Positions 1-6,164 of a stretch of 24,655 nt of DNA are shown here, in pieces. Source of the stretch: a virus. Each line of letters opens with the position of its first letter. Positions within the stretch are counted from its first letter, which is position 1. Location: IMG/VR virus record IMGVR_UViG_3300005915_002008, positions 1-24,655 of that record; one strand, written 5' to 3'. The notes below the pieces were generated by a model that was not told the origin of the DNA, did no database searches, and worked only from the letters and a program-made list of their open reading frames with translations. The translations under genes and the position numbers were made by a program.

Positions 1-38
1 ATATAAATATTATATAAATATATTTTATAGTAAATAGG

Positions 39-56
39 TTTATAAAGGTATTTAAT
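39..56 (-). promoter_or_regulatory. Partial copy of the recurrent TATA-box promoter motif, pointing out of the window
   Basis: Minus strand reads ATTAAATACCTTTATAAA, matching the AATAAATAYVTTTATAAA part of the other copies. Confidence 0.5.
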
Positions 57-94
57 ATTTTAAAAATTAGACATTCATGTTCTATTTATTCTCA

Positions 95-166
95 AGCCCC
101 TGAACGGACTCGAACCGCTAACAATTTCCTTACAAGGGAAGCACTCTACCATTGAGCTACAAGGGC
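95..166 (-). tRNA. trnT: tRNA-Thr(UGU), intronless, CCA not encoded
   Basis: Reverse complement folds as a cloverleaf: acceptor GCCCTTG/CAGGGGC, D arm GCTC-AATGGTA-GAGT, anticodon arm CTTCC-CTTGTAA-GGAAA (anticodon TGT), T arm AGCGG-TTCGAGT-CCGTT, discriminator T73. Confidence 0.95.
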
Positions 167-180
167 AATAGTGGTATATA

Positions 181-507
181 TTAAATTTGTTTGTTCTTCT
201 TTTCTTCAAATTCTTTAATCAGTTCTTTTCTTTGTTCATCAGTTACCTTATTTCCTTGCATATGTATATACAATTCCATTGAGTTATCTGATTCAATATT
301 AATCTTCTGTGGAATATAAAACAAGATTTGTTTCATTACAATCTTATCCTTATATGTATACTCTTTAATCGTAATTGGCTTAGACTTATATGTTTTATCC
401 CATTGATCTTCAATCTGTTTAGGATCTGCAGTCCTACAATCAAGATAGGATACCATATAACCATCTTCTTTAATCTTATTTGCTATGTCTTGTATATTCT
501 TATTCAT
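181..507 (-). CDS. Hypothetical protein, 108 aa
   Basis: ORF track; AGGAGTGA/AAGGA SD upstream; part of the tightly packed minus-strand gene run. Confidence 0.75.
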   Translation of the reverse strand: MNKNIQDIANKIKEDGYMVSYLDCRTADPKQIEDQWDKTYKSKPITIKEYTYKDKIVMKQILFYIPQKINIESDNSMELYIHMQGNKVTDEQRKELIKEFEEKKNKQI

Positions 508-523
508 TCCTTATCACTCCTAT

Positions 524-667
524 TTAATATTTATTATTATCATTCCAAGCTTTCAATTCTTTTTCTAACTTCTCAAGTCTATCCTTCTGCCAGAGGATGA
601 TCTCCTTTAGAAAGTCCTCGTTATAATTATCCAAATCCATTATATAAAAATGTGGCTTTTCATTCAT
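524..667 (-). CDS. Small hypothetical protein, 47 aa (MNEKPHFYIMDLDNYNEDFLKEIILWQKDRLEKLEKELKAWNDNNKY), coiled-coil-like
   Basis: Translated by hand; fills the gap between flanking genes, starting 5 nt after the upstream stop. Confidence 0.6.
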   Translation of the reverse strand: MNEKPHFYIMDLDNYNEDFLKEIILWQKDRLEKLEKELKAWNDNNKY

Positions 668-672
668 ATTAG

Positions 673-1401
673 TCATTCTTCATCAATCTCCAGAAGTTCT
701 AAAACTTTATATAATATTTTATATTTAGTTCTAGCTTCAAATGAAGAAATACCTTTTTTAACTTCATCTTTATCTATTTCTGCTGATGCATGTTCTATAG
801 CAACTAAATCCATTTCTAATCTTATCTTATTAACTAACTTATCCCTCTTCACATATCCTGCTTTCTTATACTCTGACTCTTCCATGTCATTATATGCTTC
901 TGTTAATGCTTTTTTATCAATAATATCTGAATTTTTATCAGGTATAATATCACTAGGTTTGCATTCTATACCTATCATTAATATTTTATTTTGTATTTTT
1001 AATAACCTTCTAAGATTCAATTCAAGTGCTTCCTCGTCGTCCTTGTTGATGAATTGATGGTCTAAATATACTATTTTATCTTCATCAATATTATTATAAT
1101 CACCTAATCTCTCCCAACTACAACCACCATCTGTAATTAATTCTATTCGCTCTAAATACTCACTAGCAATTTCAAACTTCTTCTCTTTATTCATAGACTC
1201 GTCTAGCACTTTATCGGCTTCTTGAACATCAAGAATAGTTATGCCTCTATTCTTCGCACTTCTTGTGCCTATATCAGCCTTGTCCAATCCAACACTTGAC
1301 TCTGATTCATTCATCTTATCAATAAGAGTTATTTGTTCTCTAAACTCTTTTGTAGTTCCTATATGTAAATTACCCTTTTTATCTTTAATCATCTCACTCA
1401 T
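673..1401 (-). CDS. Hypothetical acidic protein, 242 aa
   Basis: ORF track; GAAGGTG SD before ATG; no motif recognised. Confidence 0.8.
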   Translation of the reverse strand: MSEMIKDKKGNLHIGTTKEFREQITLIDKMNESESSVGLDKADIGTRSAKNRGITILDVQEADKVLDESMNKEKKFEIASEYLERIELITDGGCSWERLGDYNNIDEDKIVYLDHQFINKDDEEALELNLRRLLKIQNKILMIGIECKPSDIIPDKNSDIIDKKALTEAYNDMEESEYKKAGYVKRDKLVNKIRLEMDLVAIEHASAEIDKDEVKKGISSFEARTKYKILYKVLELLEIDEE

Positions 1402-1415
1402 ATTTTACACCTTCT

Positions 1416-1568
1416 TTATATTTTTATATAGTATACTTTATAACAATCAAGGCATTCTATACAAATGTGTATTCTACCACCCTTGATATCTAATGCATCA
1501 CCATATTTAATATTGCTTGAATTACAAAAGTTGCACTTTAAACTTATAATACAATCATTATCTTCCAT
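1416..1568 (-). CDS. Small Zn-ribbon-like protein, 50 aa (MEDNDCIISLKCNFCNSSNIKYGDALDIKGGRIHICIECLDCYKVYYIKI)
   Basis: Hand translation; two CxxC pairs (CNFC, CLDC); AGGTGA SD 4 nt before ATG. Confidence 0.7.
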   Translation of the reverse strand: MEDNDCIISLKCNFCNSSNIKYGDALDIKGGRIHICIECLDCYKVYYIKI

Positions 1569-1572
1569 AATC

Positions 1573-1734
1573 TCACCTTATATTTTTTACCATTGATATA
1601 AAAAACTTAGCAATAGTATCTGCGTGTTTATCAATTAACTCCTTTCTATGAGGCATATAATTTTGTTCTAATAATTGTGCACATTCTATTGCTTTAGATA
1701 ATTCCGAATACTCATCTTCTTTTTTAATATCCAT
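1573..1734 (-). CDS. Small hypothetical protein, 53 aa (MDIKKEDEYSELSKAIECAQLLEQNYMPHRKELIDKHADTIAKFFISMVKNIR)
   Basis: Hand translation; GAGGTG SD; its TGA stop lies inside the SD of the next gene. Confidence 0.65.
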   Translation of the reverse strand: MDIKKEDEYSELSKAIECAQLLEQNYMPHRKELIDKHADTIAKFFISMVKNIR

Positions 1735-1753
1735 AACACACCTCATTTCTTCC

Positions 1754-1870
1754 TTATATCAATACATTAATTGCAATAACTGCAGTAATAAATACTGCTA
1801 TAAATAAAGTTATATATAATGATTTATACATTGCTAATTCATTTATTAATTCATCTGTAAATTTATCCAT
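1754..1870 (-). CDS. Small single-pass membrane protein, 38 aa (MDKFTDELINELAMYKSLYITLFIAVFITAVIAINVLI)
   Basis: Hand translation; hydrophobic C-terminal segment; AGTGA SD-like motif; fills the gap. Confidence 0.55.
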   Translation of the reverse strand: MDKFTDELINELAMYKSLYITLFIAVFITAVIAINVLI

Positions 1871-1875
1871 ACCAA

Positions 1876-2031
1876 TCACTTCTTTATTTGATACACATCT
1901 ACCATGTTAGGTATTACTATACAATCTTTAAAGCCCTTCTTTTTAAGTTCTTTTCTGACCTCACTACAAACACCAGCACCTGCATTGTCAATACCAATTA
2001 TTGTAATCTTACTTTTCTTTTTCCAAAACAT
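1876..2031 (-). CDS. Small basic hypothetical protein, 51 aa (MFWKKKSKITIIGIDNAGAGVCSEVRKELKKKGFKDCIVIPNMVDVYQIKK)
   Basis: Hand translation; GGAGTGA SD; beta-alpha-beta-like pattern. Confidence 0.65.
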   Translation of the reverse strand: MFWKKKSKITIIGIDNAGAGVCSEVRKELKKKGFKDCIVIPNMVDVYQIKK

Positions 2032-2036
2032 ATTAA

Positions 2037-2213
2037 TCACTCCTTTGTATAATATTTAAGTATAAACTTTTTCAACCCATATTTTAATAAAAAACAATTT
2101 TCTTTAAATTTAATATCATATTCATTATTAACATCAGATTTAATACATTTATCTATACTATATATTGTATCATTAATCTTTGCAAGTATATCACAATATT
2201 CAATATCACTCAT
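2037..2213 (-). CDS. Small hypothetical protein, about 58 aa
   Basis: ORF track 2037..2222. The GTG at 2222 lies inside the GGAGTGA SD, so the ATG at 2213 is the likelier start. Confidence 0.65.
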   Translation of the reverse strand: MSDIEYCDILAKINDTIYSIDKCIKSDVNNEYDIKFKENCFLLKYGLKKFILKYYTKE

Positions 2214-2228
2214 ATCAATCACTCCTTT

Positions 2229-2251
2229 GTTAGCTTAACTATTTAACCAAC
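2229..2251. repeat. Junction hairpin copy 1 (GTTAGCTTAACTATTTAACCAAC)
   Basis: Imperfect palindrome over the stop codon of the 2239..2382 gene; homologous to copies at 2749, 3134 and 3301. Confidence 0.8.
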
Positions 2252-2382
2252 TTATTCTTTTTAATAAACACATCTCTGCATTTGTTGCTACAAAAACTTC
2301 CTATCGGAGTATCTTTATTGCCATCAGAAACTATAATTTTGCCACAGCTATTACAAAATTCAATTCTGCATCTCTCACACAT
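2239..2382 (-). CDS. Small Cys-rich metal-binding protein, 47 aa (MCERCRIEFCNSCGKIIVSDGNKDTPIGSFCSNKCRDVFIKKNKLVK), TRASH-like CxxC...FCSxxC
   Basis: Hand translation; CERC, CNSC and FCSNKC motifs. Confidence 0.6.
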   Translation of the reverse strand: MCERCRIEFCNSCGKIIVSDGNKDTPIGSFCSNKCRDVFIKKNKLVK

Positions 2383-2396
2383 AATTCCACTTAATC

Positions 2397-2579
2397 CTAC
2401 TTTTTATTAGTGTTAATCTCTACCCAATCTTTACTACTTTTCCTTCCAAAGATTTTTATAACTGGGAGATTTTCATTTAACTTAAATTCATTATCACCAA
2501 TTTTAATTAAAGGGGACATATAGCAAAGTTCATAATACTCCTTCCTAGTCATTGTTACTAATCCTAATAATTTTATCAT
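2397..2579 (-). CDS. Small hypothetical protein, 60 aa
   Basis: ORF track; ATG sits 1 nt after the upstream stop codon. Confidence 0.65.
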   Translation of the reverse strand: MIKLLGLVTMTRKEYYELCYMSPLIKIGDNEFKLNENLPVIKIFGRKSSKDWVEINTNKK

Positions 2580-2580
2580 A

Positions 2581-2709
2581 TCAATCTACCTTTATAATTT
2601 TTGATTTACCACATTTATTGCATACACAAAATGGTACACAAATAGGAGGACTTATACTATAAAACTTATTAGGATAATATATCTTCCACTTGTGATTACA
2701 AAATAACAT
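2581..2709 (-). CDS. Small Zn-binding protein, about 42 aa (MLFCNHKWKIYYPNKFYSISPPICVPFCVCNKCGKSKIIKVD)
   Basis: Hand translation; CxHxW...CxKCG pattern common in viral mini-proteins. The start could be up to about 11 codons further upstream. Confidence 0.6.
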   Translation of the reverse strand: MLFCNHKWKIYYPNKFYSISPPICVPFCVCNKCGKSKIIKVD

Positions 2710-2748
2710 TCTAATTAATCTTAATCTACCAATATCAATCACTCTTTT

Positions 2749-2771
2749 GTCGACTTAACTATTATACCGAC
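2749..2771. repeat. Junction hairpin copy 2 (GTCGACTTAACTATTATACCGAC)
   Basis: Covers the stop of 2755..3114; carries a compensatory C-G pair relative to copies 1 and 3. Confidence 0.75.
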
Positions 2772-3114
2772 TTATTCTTTTCTTTAAATAAATTAATATT
2801 ATAGTTATTATATCAGCATCCATATCTGAAGTATAAATTAATGTTTTATATTTGTTATAAATTTTAAAATAATTTGTACTATCATTACGCATCCTATTAG
2901 GTTCACTTCCATTTGCATTCCACCAACTACAATAATAAAACTTAGCATAGTAATTATGTTTTTTTAAATATTTTTGTAATTTATATAATGTATTAATTAT
3001 TAAATCATTAGTAACAGATATTTTATCATAATCTATATTTATATTATTTAAATTATGATTTAATTCTAATTTTATTTTATCTCCAATTATATCTTCTTTT
3101 AAACTATAATCCAT
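2755..3114 (-). CDS. Hypothetical protein, 119 aa
   Basis: ORF track; GAGGGA SD-like sequence upstream. Confidence 0.75.
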   Translation of the reverse strand: MDYSLKEDIIGDKIKLELNHNLNNINIDYDKISVTNDLIINTLYKLQKYLKKHNYYAKFYYCSWWNANGSEPNRMRNDSTNYFKIYNKYKTLIYTSDMDADIITIILIYLKKRISRYNS

Positions 3115-3133
3115 ACCATTCCCTCTTCATTTT

Positions 3134-3156
3134 GTTGGCTTAACTATTTAACCAAC
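3134..3156. repeat. Junction hairpin copy 3 (GTTGGCTTAACTATTTAACCAAC)
   Basis: 22/23 identical to copy 1; starts 3 nt downstream of the stop of the 3160..3276 ORF. Confidence 0.8.
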
Positions 3157-3159
3157 TTT

Positions 3160-3276
3160 TTATTTTTCAAACTCTTCTTCTCTTTTATATATCTCTTTTT
3201 TATAATAATTATATCTATTATCTTGCTTTCTTTTTACCTTTTTAGGAACTTTACCTAATTTGAGCCATAATTCCAC
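3160..3276 (-). CDS. Small basic hypothetical protein, 38 aa, GTG start (MELWLKLGKVPKKVKRKQDNRYNYYKKEIYKREEEFEK)
   Basis: Hand translation; GAGGGA upstream of GTG; fills the interval between hairpin copies 3 and 4. Confidence 0.5.
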   Translation of the reverse strand: MELWLKLGKVPKKVKRKQDNRYNYYKKEIYKREEEFEK

Positions 3277-3300
3277 TTAATCCCTCTCCCTCTTCATTTG

Positions 3301-3326
3301 GTAGGCTTAAACAGTGTTAAGCCTAC
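3301..3326. repeat. Junction hairpin copy 4, perfect 10-bp arms (GTAGGCTTAA-ACAGTG-TTAAGCCTAC)
   Basis: Arms are exact reverse complements with a 6-nt loop; overlaps the TAG stop of 3323..3601. Confidence 0.85.
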
Positions 3327-3601
3327 TTTTCATTCTTTTTAATTAATTCTTTTAATTCATTAAAATGTTTAGGACAAGCACAAATATAAATACACACACC
3401 TTTAAATCTTAATCCTGTAAGTAATCCTTTTTGTTGTATGTCATAACAATAATCACAACCAACATATTTTCTTTCTTTTTCATTCTTTACTTCTTCCTTA
3501 GTAGGAAATGTCTTAGTAGGAAATGTATATCCATAATTTTCTGATACCCCTTTATCATAGTTACTAAATAAAGATCCATATCCACCATGACTATTTTCCA
3601 T
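3323..3601 (-). CDS. Hypothetical Cys-rich protein, 92 aa (CxxC...CxCxxH)
   Basis: ORF track; AGGTGATGG SD; an internal 2x15-bp tandem at 3497..3526 encodes TFPTK-TFPTK. Confidence 0.75.
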   Translation of the reverse strand: MENSHGGYGSLFSNYDKGVSENYGYTFPTKTFPTKEEVKNEKERKYVGCDYCYDIQQKGLLTGLRFKGVCIYICACPKHFNELKELIKKNEK

Positions 3602-3605
3602 ACCA

Positions 3606-3788
3606 TCACCTCTTTAACTTCTTACGTTTGGTGTCATAGTTATTCACAACCATCATGTCCAGAACAAATCCACCAACCATGAATCCGCTCAGAAAGACCC
3701 AGTCGCTTATGATTATGCAGTAGACTATGATAAACAACGCTAGTACACCGAATATAATGTTCAACTCTTTTGATATACCTATTTTCAT
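3606..3788 (-). CDS. Small membrane protein with two predicted TM helices, 60 aa
   Basis: ORF track; two hydrophobic stretches and a basic C-terminus; AGGTGAGG SD. Confidence 0.7.
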   Translation of the reverse strand: MKIGISKELNIIFGVLALFIIVYCIIISDWVFLSGFMVGGFVLDMMVVNNYDTKRKKLKR

Positions 3789-3796
3789 ATCCTCAC

Positions 3797-4858
3797 CTAT
3801 TCAGTATCCTCGAAGTACACCTTTTGGTAATGTTTCCAGGCATCACCAGTTGTATTATTATTTATTATATTATATTTTTTAAAATTTATACAATATATAT
3901 CACCATAATTATTATGATATCTAATATTAATAATCATTTTTATACCTTTATTATTAAGTTTATTGTGTATATTCCAATCATCATTATCTGTGTACCTGAA
4001 GAAATCACCGACCTTTAAGTCCTTGAACTCACAATCACGTAAGACTGCCTTTTTATTAGAATCTTTTAAATCTGCAATCCATTCATTAGAACTTGTGTCA
4101 ATTTGCAATCCATTCTTATTAGTATACATTATTTGTTTTTTATTATATGGATTGATTAAACTTGTTTCACTAAGCCCATAAAACAACTCACTCACGTCCA
4201 GCTCATCCTTAACCGTGTCCTCGAAGGCTTTATAACTCTCTTCAGAAATAAAAACCTCATTACCATTCTCTAAAACTATCTTCTTACTCATACTTAATTT
4301 CTCCTTTTTTATATTATTAAATTTCACAAAACATTCTGGAAAAAATTTATGATAAAAATCCAATATTCCTGGATTTGGACCTATACAAAATTCTTTAACC
4401 AATGGGTGTTCATCTCCAAGAATATCCTGCCAAGTCACTTCTTTATTTTTATGATTATCAAAGAATACAGAATCGCTATATGTATAATATATTCTAGTGT
4501 TCATGATATAAAAACACAAATCATCATGATCAAAATTTAATACTCTTTTATCATCATAACACCATTCATATCCACATCTGAACAACTTCTCCTGGACTGC
4601 CATGCTGATCTCTTTGCTCGGGATCTTGATCTTTATATCCTCATAAATCTTAAAGGGTAACATAGGCTTTGATTCTTTTGCTAACTCTAACTGATCATCA
4701 AACCAACACCAATCAGCATCCTCATTTAATTTATAAGACCCATCAATATTCACATTTTTAATTTCATACATTCTATCATAATATTTTTCAATATTACATA
4801 TGTCATAATCATCACAGCCTTTTATAACCCTAACTCTATCACCAATCTTAAATCTCAT
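3797..4858 (-). CDS. Multi-module hypothetical protein, 353 aa, with an N-terminal SH3/KOW-like (FKIGDRVRV) domain
   Basis: ORF track; GAAGGTGG SD; FKIGDRVRV and LKVGDFFRY motifs. Confidence 0.8.
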   Translation of the reverse strand: MRFKIGDRVRVIKGCDDYDICNIEKYYDRMYEIKNVNIDGSYKLNEDADWCWFDDQLELAKESKPMLPFKIYEDIKIKIPSKEISMAVQEKLFRCGYEWCYDDKRVLNFDHDDLCFYIMNTRIYYTYSDSVFFDNHKNKEVTWQDILGDEHPLVKEFCIGPNPGILDFYHKFFPECFVKFNNIKKEKLSMSKKIVLENGNEVFISEESYKAFEDTVKDELDVSELFYGLSETSLINPYNKKQIMYTNKNGLQIDTSSNEWIADLKDSNKKAVLRDCEFKDLKVGDFFRYTDNDDWNIHNKLNNKGIKMIINIRYHNNYGDIYCINFKKYNIINNNTTGDAWKHYQKVYFEDTE

Positions 4859-5036
4859 CTTTTCCCACCTTCACTAACGCTTTATAAATTAACTTATTAT
4901 TAATATACCCAATCAAATCAGCATCATTCATTTTCTTAATCTTCCCACACTCAGCAATCTCAGCCTGAGTCAAAACTAATGTAGGAATAGTCTCTACAGA
5001 TTTTTGAATATTATAATTATCTTTATCCTTCTTCAT
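4848..5036 (-). CDS. Small hypothetical protein, 62 aa
   Basis: ORF track; overlaps the start of the next gene (translational coupling). Confidence 0.65.
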   Translation of the reverse strand: MKKDKDNYNIQKSVETIPTLVLTQAEIAECGKIKKMNDADLIGYINNKLIYKALVKVGKDEI

Positions 5037-5038
5037 CT

Positions 5039-5224
5039 CTATCTCTCTCTGAGCTCGACACTCTGGTAATTAAATACAGAATTTAAATAAATAGTACTAC
5101 TTTTAATTGTATGTTCTTCATCAAAAAATACATAATAAATCTTTTCATTCTCAACCTTAGTTATTAAACATATATTTTTATTATCTTTATTATTTTCATA
5201 ATTCCAATCATTCTTATCCACCAT
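5039..5224 (-). CDS. Small hypothetical protein, 61 aa; first gene after the promoter at 5254..5286
   Basis: ORF track; lies directly downstream of a conserved promoter copy. Confidence 0.65.
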   Translation of the reverse strand: MVDKNDWNYENNKDNKNICLITKVENEKIYYVFFDEEHTIKSSTIYLNSVFNYQSVELRER

Positions 5225-5253
5225 ACTTAATCATTTCCTAATGTCATATATAA

Positions 5254-5286
5254 TTATATACCAAAACATTTATAAACATATTTATT
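5254..5286 (-). promoter_or_regulatory. Recurrent TATA-box promoter (AATAAATATGTTTATAAATGTTTTGGTATATAA)
   Basis: 33/33 identical to the plus-strand copy at 13159..13191. Confidence 0.8.
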
Positions 5287-5319
5287 TATGTAAATAATAT
5301 TCATTATCAATAATTGATA

Positions 5320-5646
5320 TTATCTATTTAAGTATATAATCAACCCGACTATTATGATCGAAAGCAATGTAATTAGTATGTACAGGTTCTGGAAATTATA
5401 ACTCACGATCTCGTTCAGGTTATGCTGAAGATTGAAGATCTCGGAGTTAGCATCACAGGTCGATGTAGTCCAACCATGAACAGCTAATCCATTAAGCTCA
5501 TAACTTATTTCTGCATCACAACCATAACTCTCAAATATAGCCTTATGAATATTCTCATGCGAGTCCAGATGTATCATACTCACAACCATGTACACAACAA
5601 TGATCGCACCTATATAAAAAATTATACTCTTAGTATACTCGTTCAT
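5320..5646 (-). CDS. Membrane protein with HExxH motif (possible zincin/M50-like metallopeptidase), about 108 aa
   Basis: N- and C-terminal hydrophobic helices, HENIH motif followed by YG. The track start (5664) lies inside the promoter, so ATG 5646 is preferred. Confidence 0.55.
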   Translation of the reverse strand: MNEYTKSIIFYIGAIIVVYMVVSMIHLDSHENIHKAIFESYGCDAEISYELNGLAVHGWTTSTCDANSEIFNLQHNLNEIVSYNFQNLYILITLLSIIIVGLIIYLNR

Positions 5647-5658
5647 ATATATATTACG

Positions 5659-5686
5659 TACCAAAACATTTATAAAGGTATTTATT
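5659..5686 (-). promoter_or_regulatory. Recurrent TATA-box promoter (AATAAATACCTTTATAAATGTTTTGGTA)
   Basis: Direct match to the consensus; the TATA box ends about 22 nt before ATG 5646, so the mRNA is probably leaderless. Confidence 0.75.
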
Positions 5687-5722
5687 TACATAAATGTTTT
5701 ATATAAAGGATCTCAAGCATTT

Positions 5723-5830
5723 ATGCTACGCATGTATGCTACGCATGTATGCTACGCATGTATGCTATGCATGTATGCTATGCATGTATGCTACGCATGT
5801 ATGCTACGCATATATGCTATGCATGTATGC
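5723..5830. repeat. Tandem array of 8.3 x 13-bp units (ATGCTAYGCATRT)
   Basis: Units read directly at 5723, 5736, 5749, 5762, 5775, 5788, 5801 and 5814, plus a partial ATGC. Confidence 0.97.
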
Positions 5831-5863
5831 ACCCCTATAAAGATCTTAATCCAGGGGGTACAG

Positions 5864-5891
5864 CACCCCTATAAAGATCTTTATAGGGGTG
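5864..5891. repeat. Perfect 28-bp palindrome CACCCCTATAAAGA|TCTTTATAGGGGTG
   Basis: Exact self-complementarity with no loop; GCACCCCTATAAAGATCTT is also present at 5829..5847. Confidence 0.97.
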
Positions 5892-6008
5892 TAATATGCA
5901 TAAATATGTATAAATATATACATATATAAAGATCTTAAACAAATAAGTGAAATATAACACACCTACACCTAATTGGGTATAATAGATGTAAAAATATAAG
6001 AGTGTCTA

Positions 6009-6086
6009 AAAACATAACACACCCATACCAAAATATGTGATCAATAGGAACTGACAATATAAATCAGTATGGGTGTGTTATGTTTT
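6009..6086. repeat. Perfect 20-bp inverted repeat (AAAACATAACACACCCATAC) with a 38-bp spacer
   Basis: 6009..6028 is the reverse complement of 6067..6086; a degenerate direct copy (16/19) is at 5951..5969. Confidence 0.92.
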
Positions 6087-6164
6087 ATATGGGGTAACTA
6101 TAACCTGTAAATCTCAGGTACTTAGTAACTATGTACTGAGTAATATGTACTAAGTACTAAGCAA

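Noticed and set aside
2229-3326. Calling the hairpins canonical integron attC sites or Xer dif sites
   Set aside because: They are only 23-26 bp, have GT...AC ends in the opposite arrangement to RYYYAAC...GTTRRRY, lack R/L box spacing, only copy 4 has a 6-bp centre, and no integrase is in the window. Kept only as an analogy.
5723-5929. 68-aa ORF (MLRMYATHVCYAC...)
   Set aside because: It is the translation of the 13-bp tandem array and palindromes, has no SD, and lies on the opposite strand to its neighbours.
5723-6160. CRISPR or mini-CRISPR array
   Set aside because: The 13-mers have no spacers; the 19-20-bp repeats number only three, one is inverted, and they lack a CRISPR-like terminal motif.
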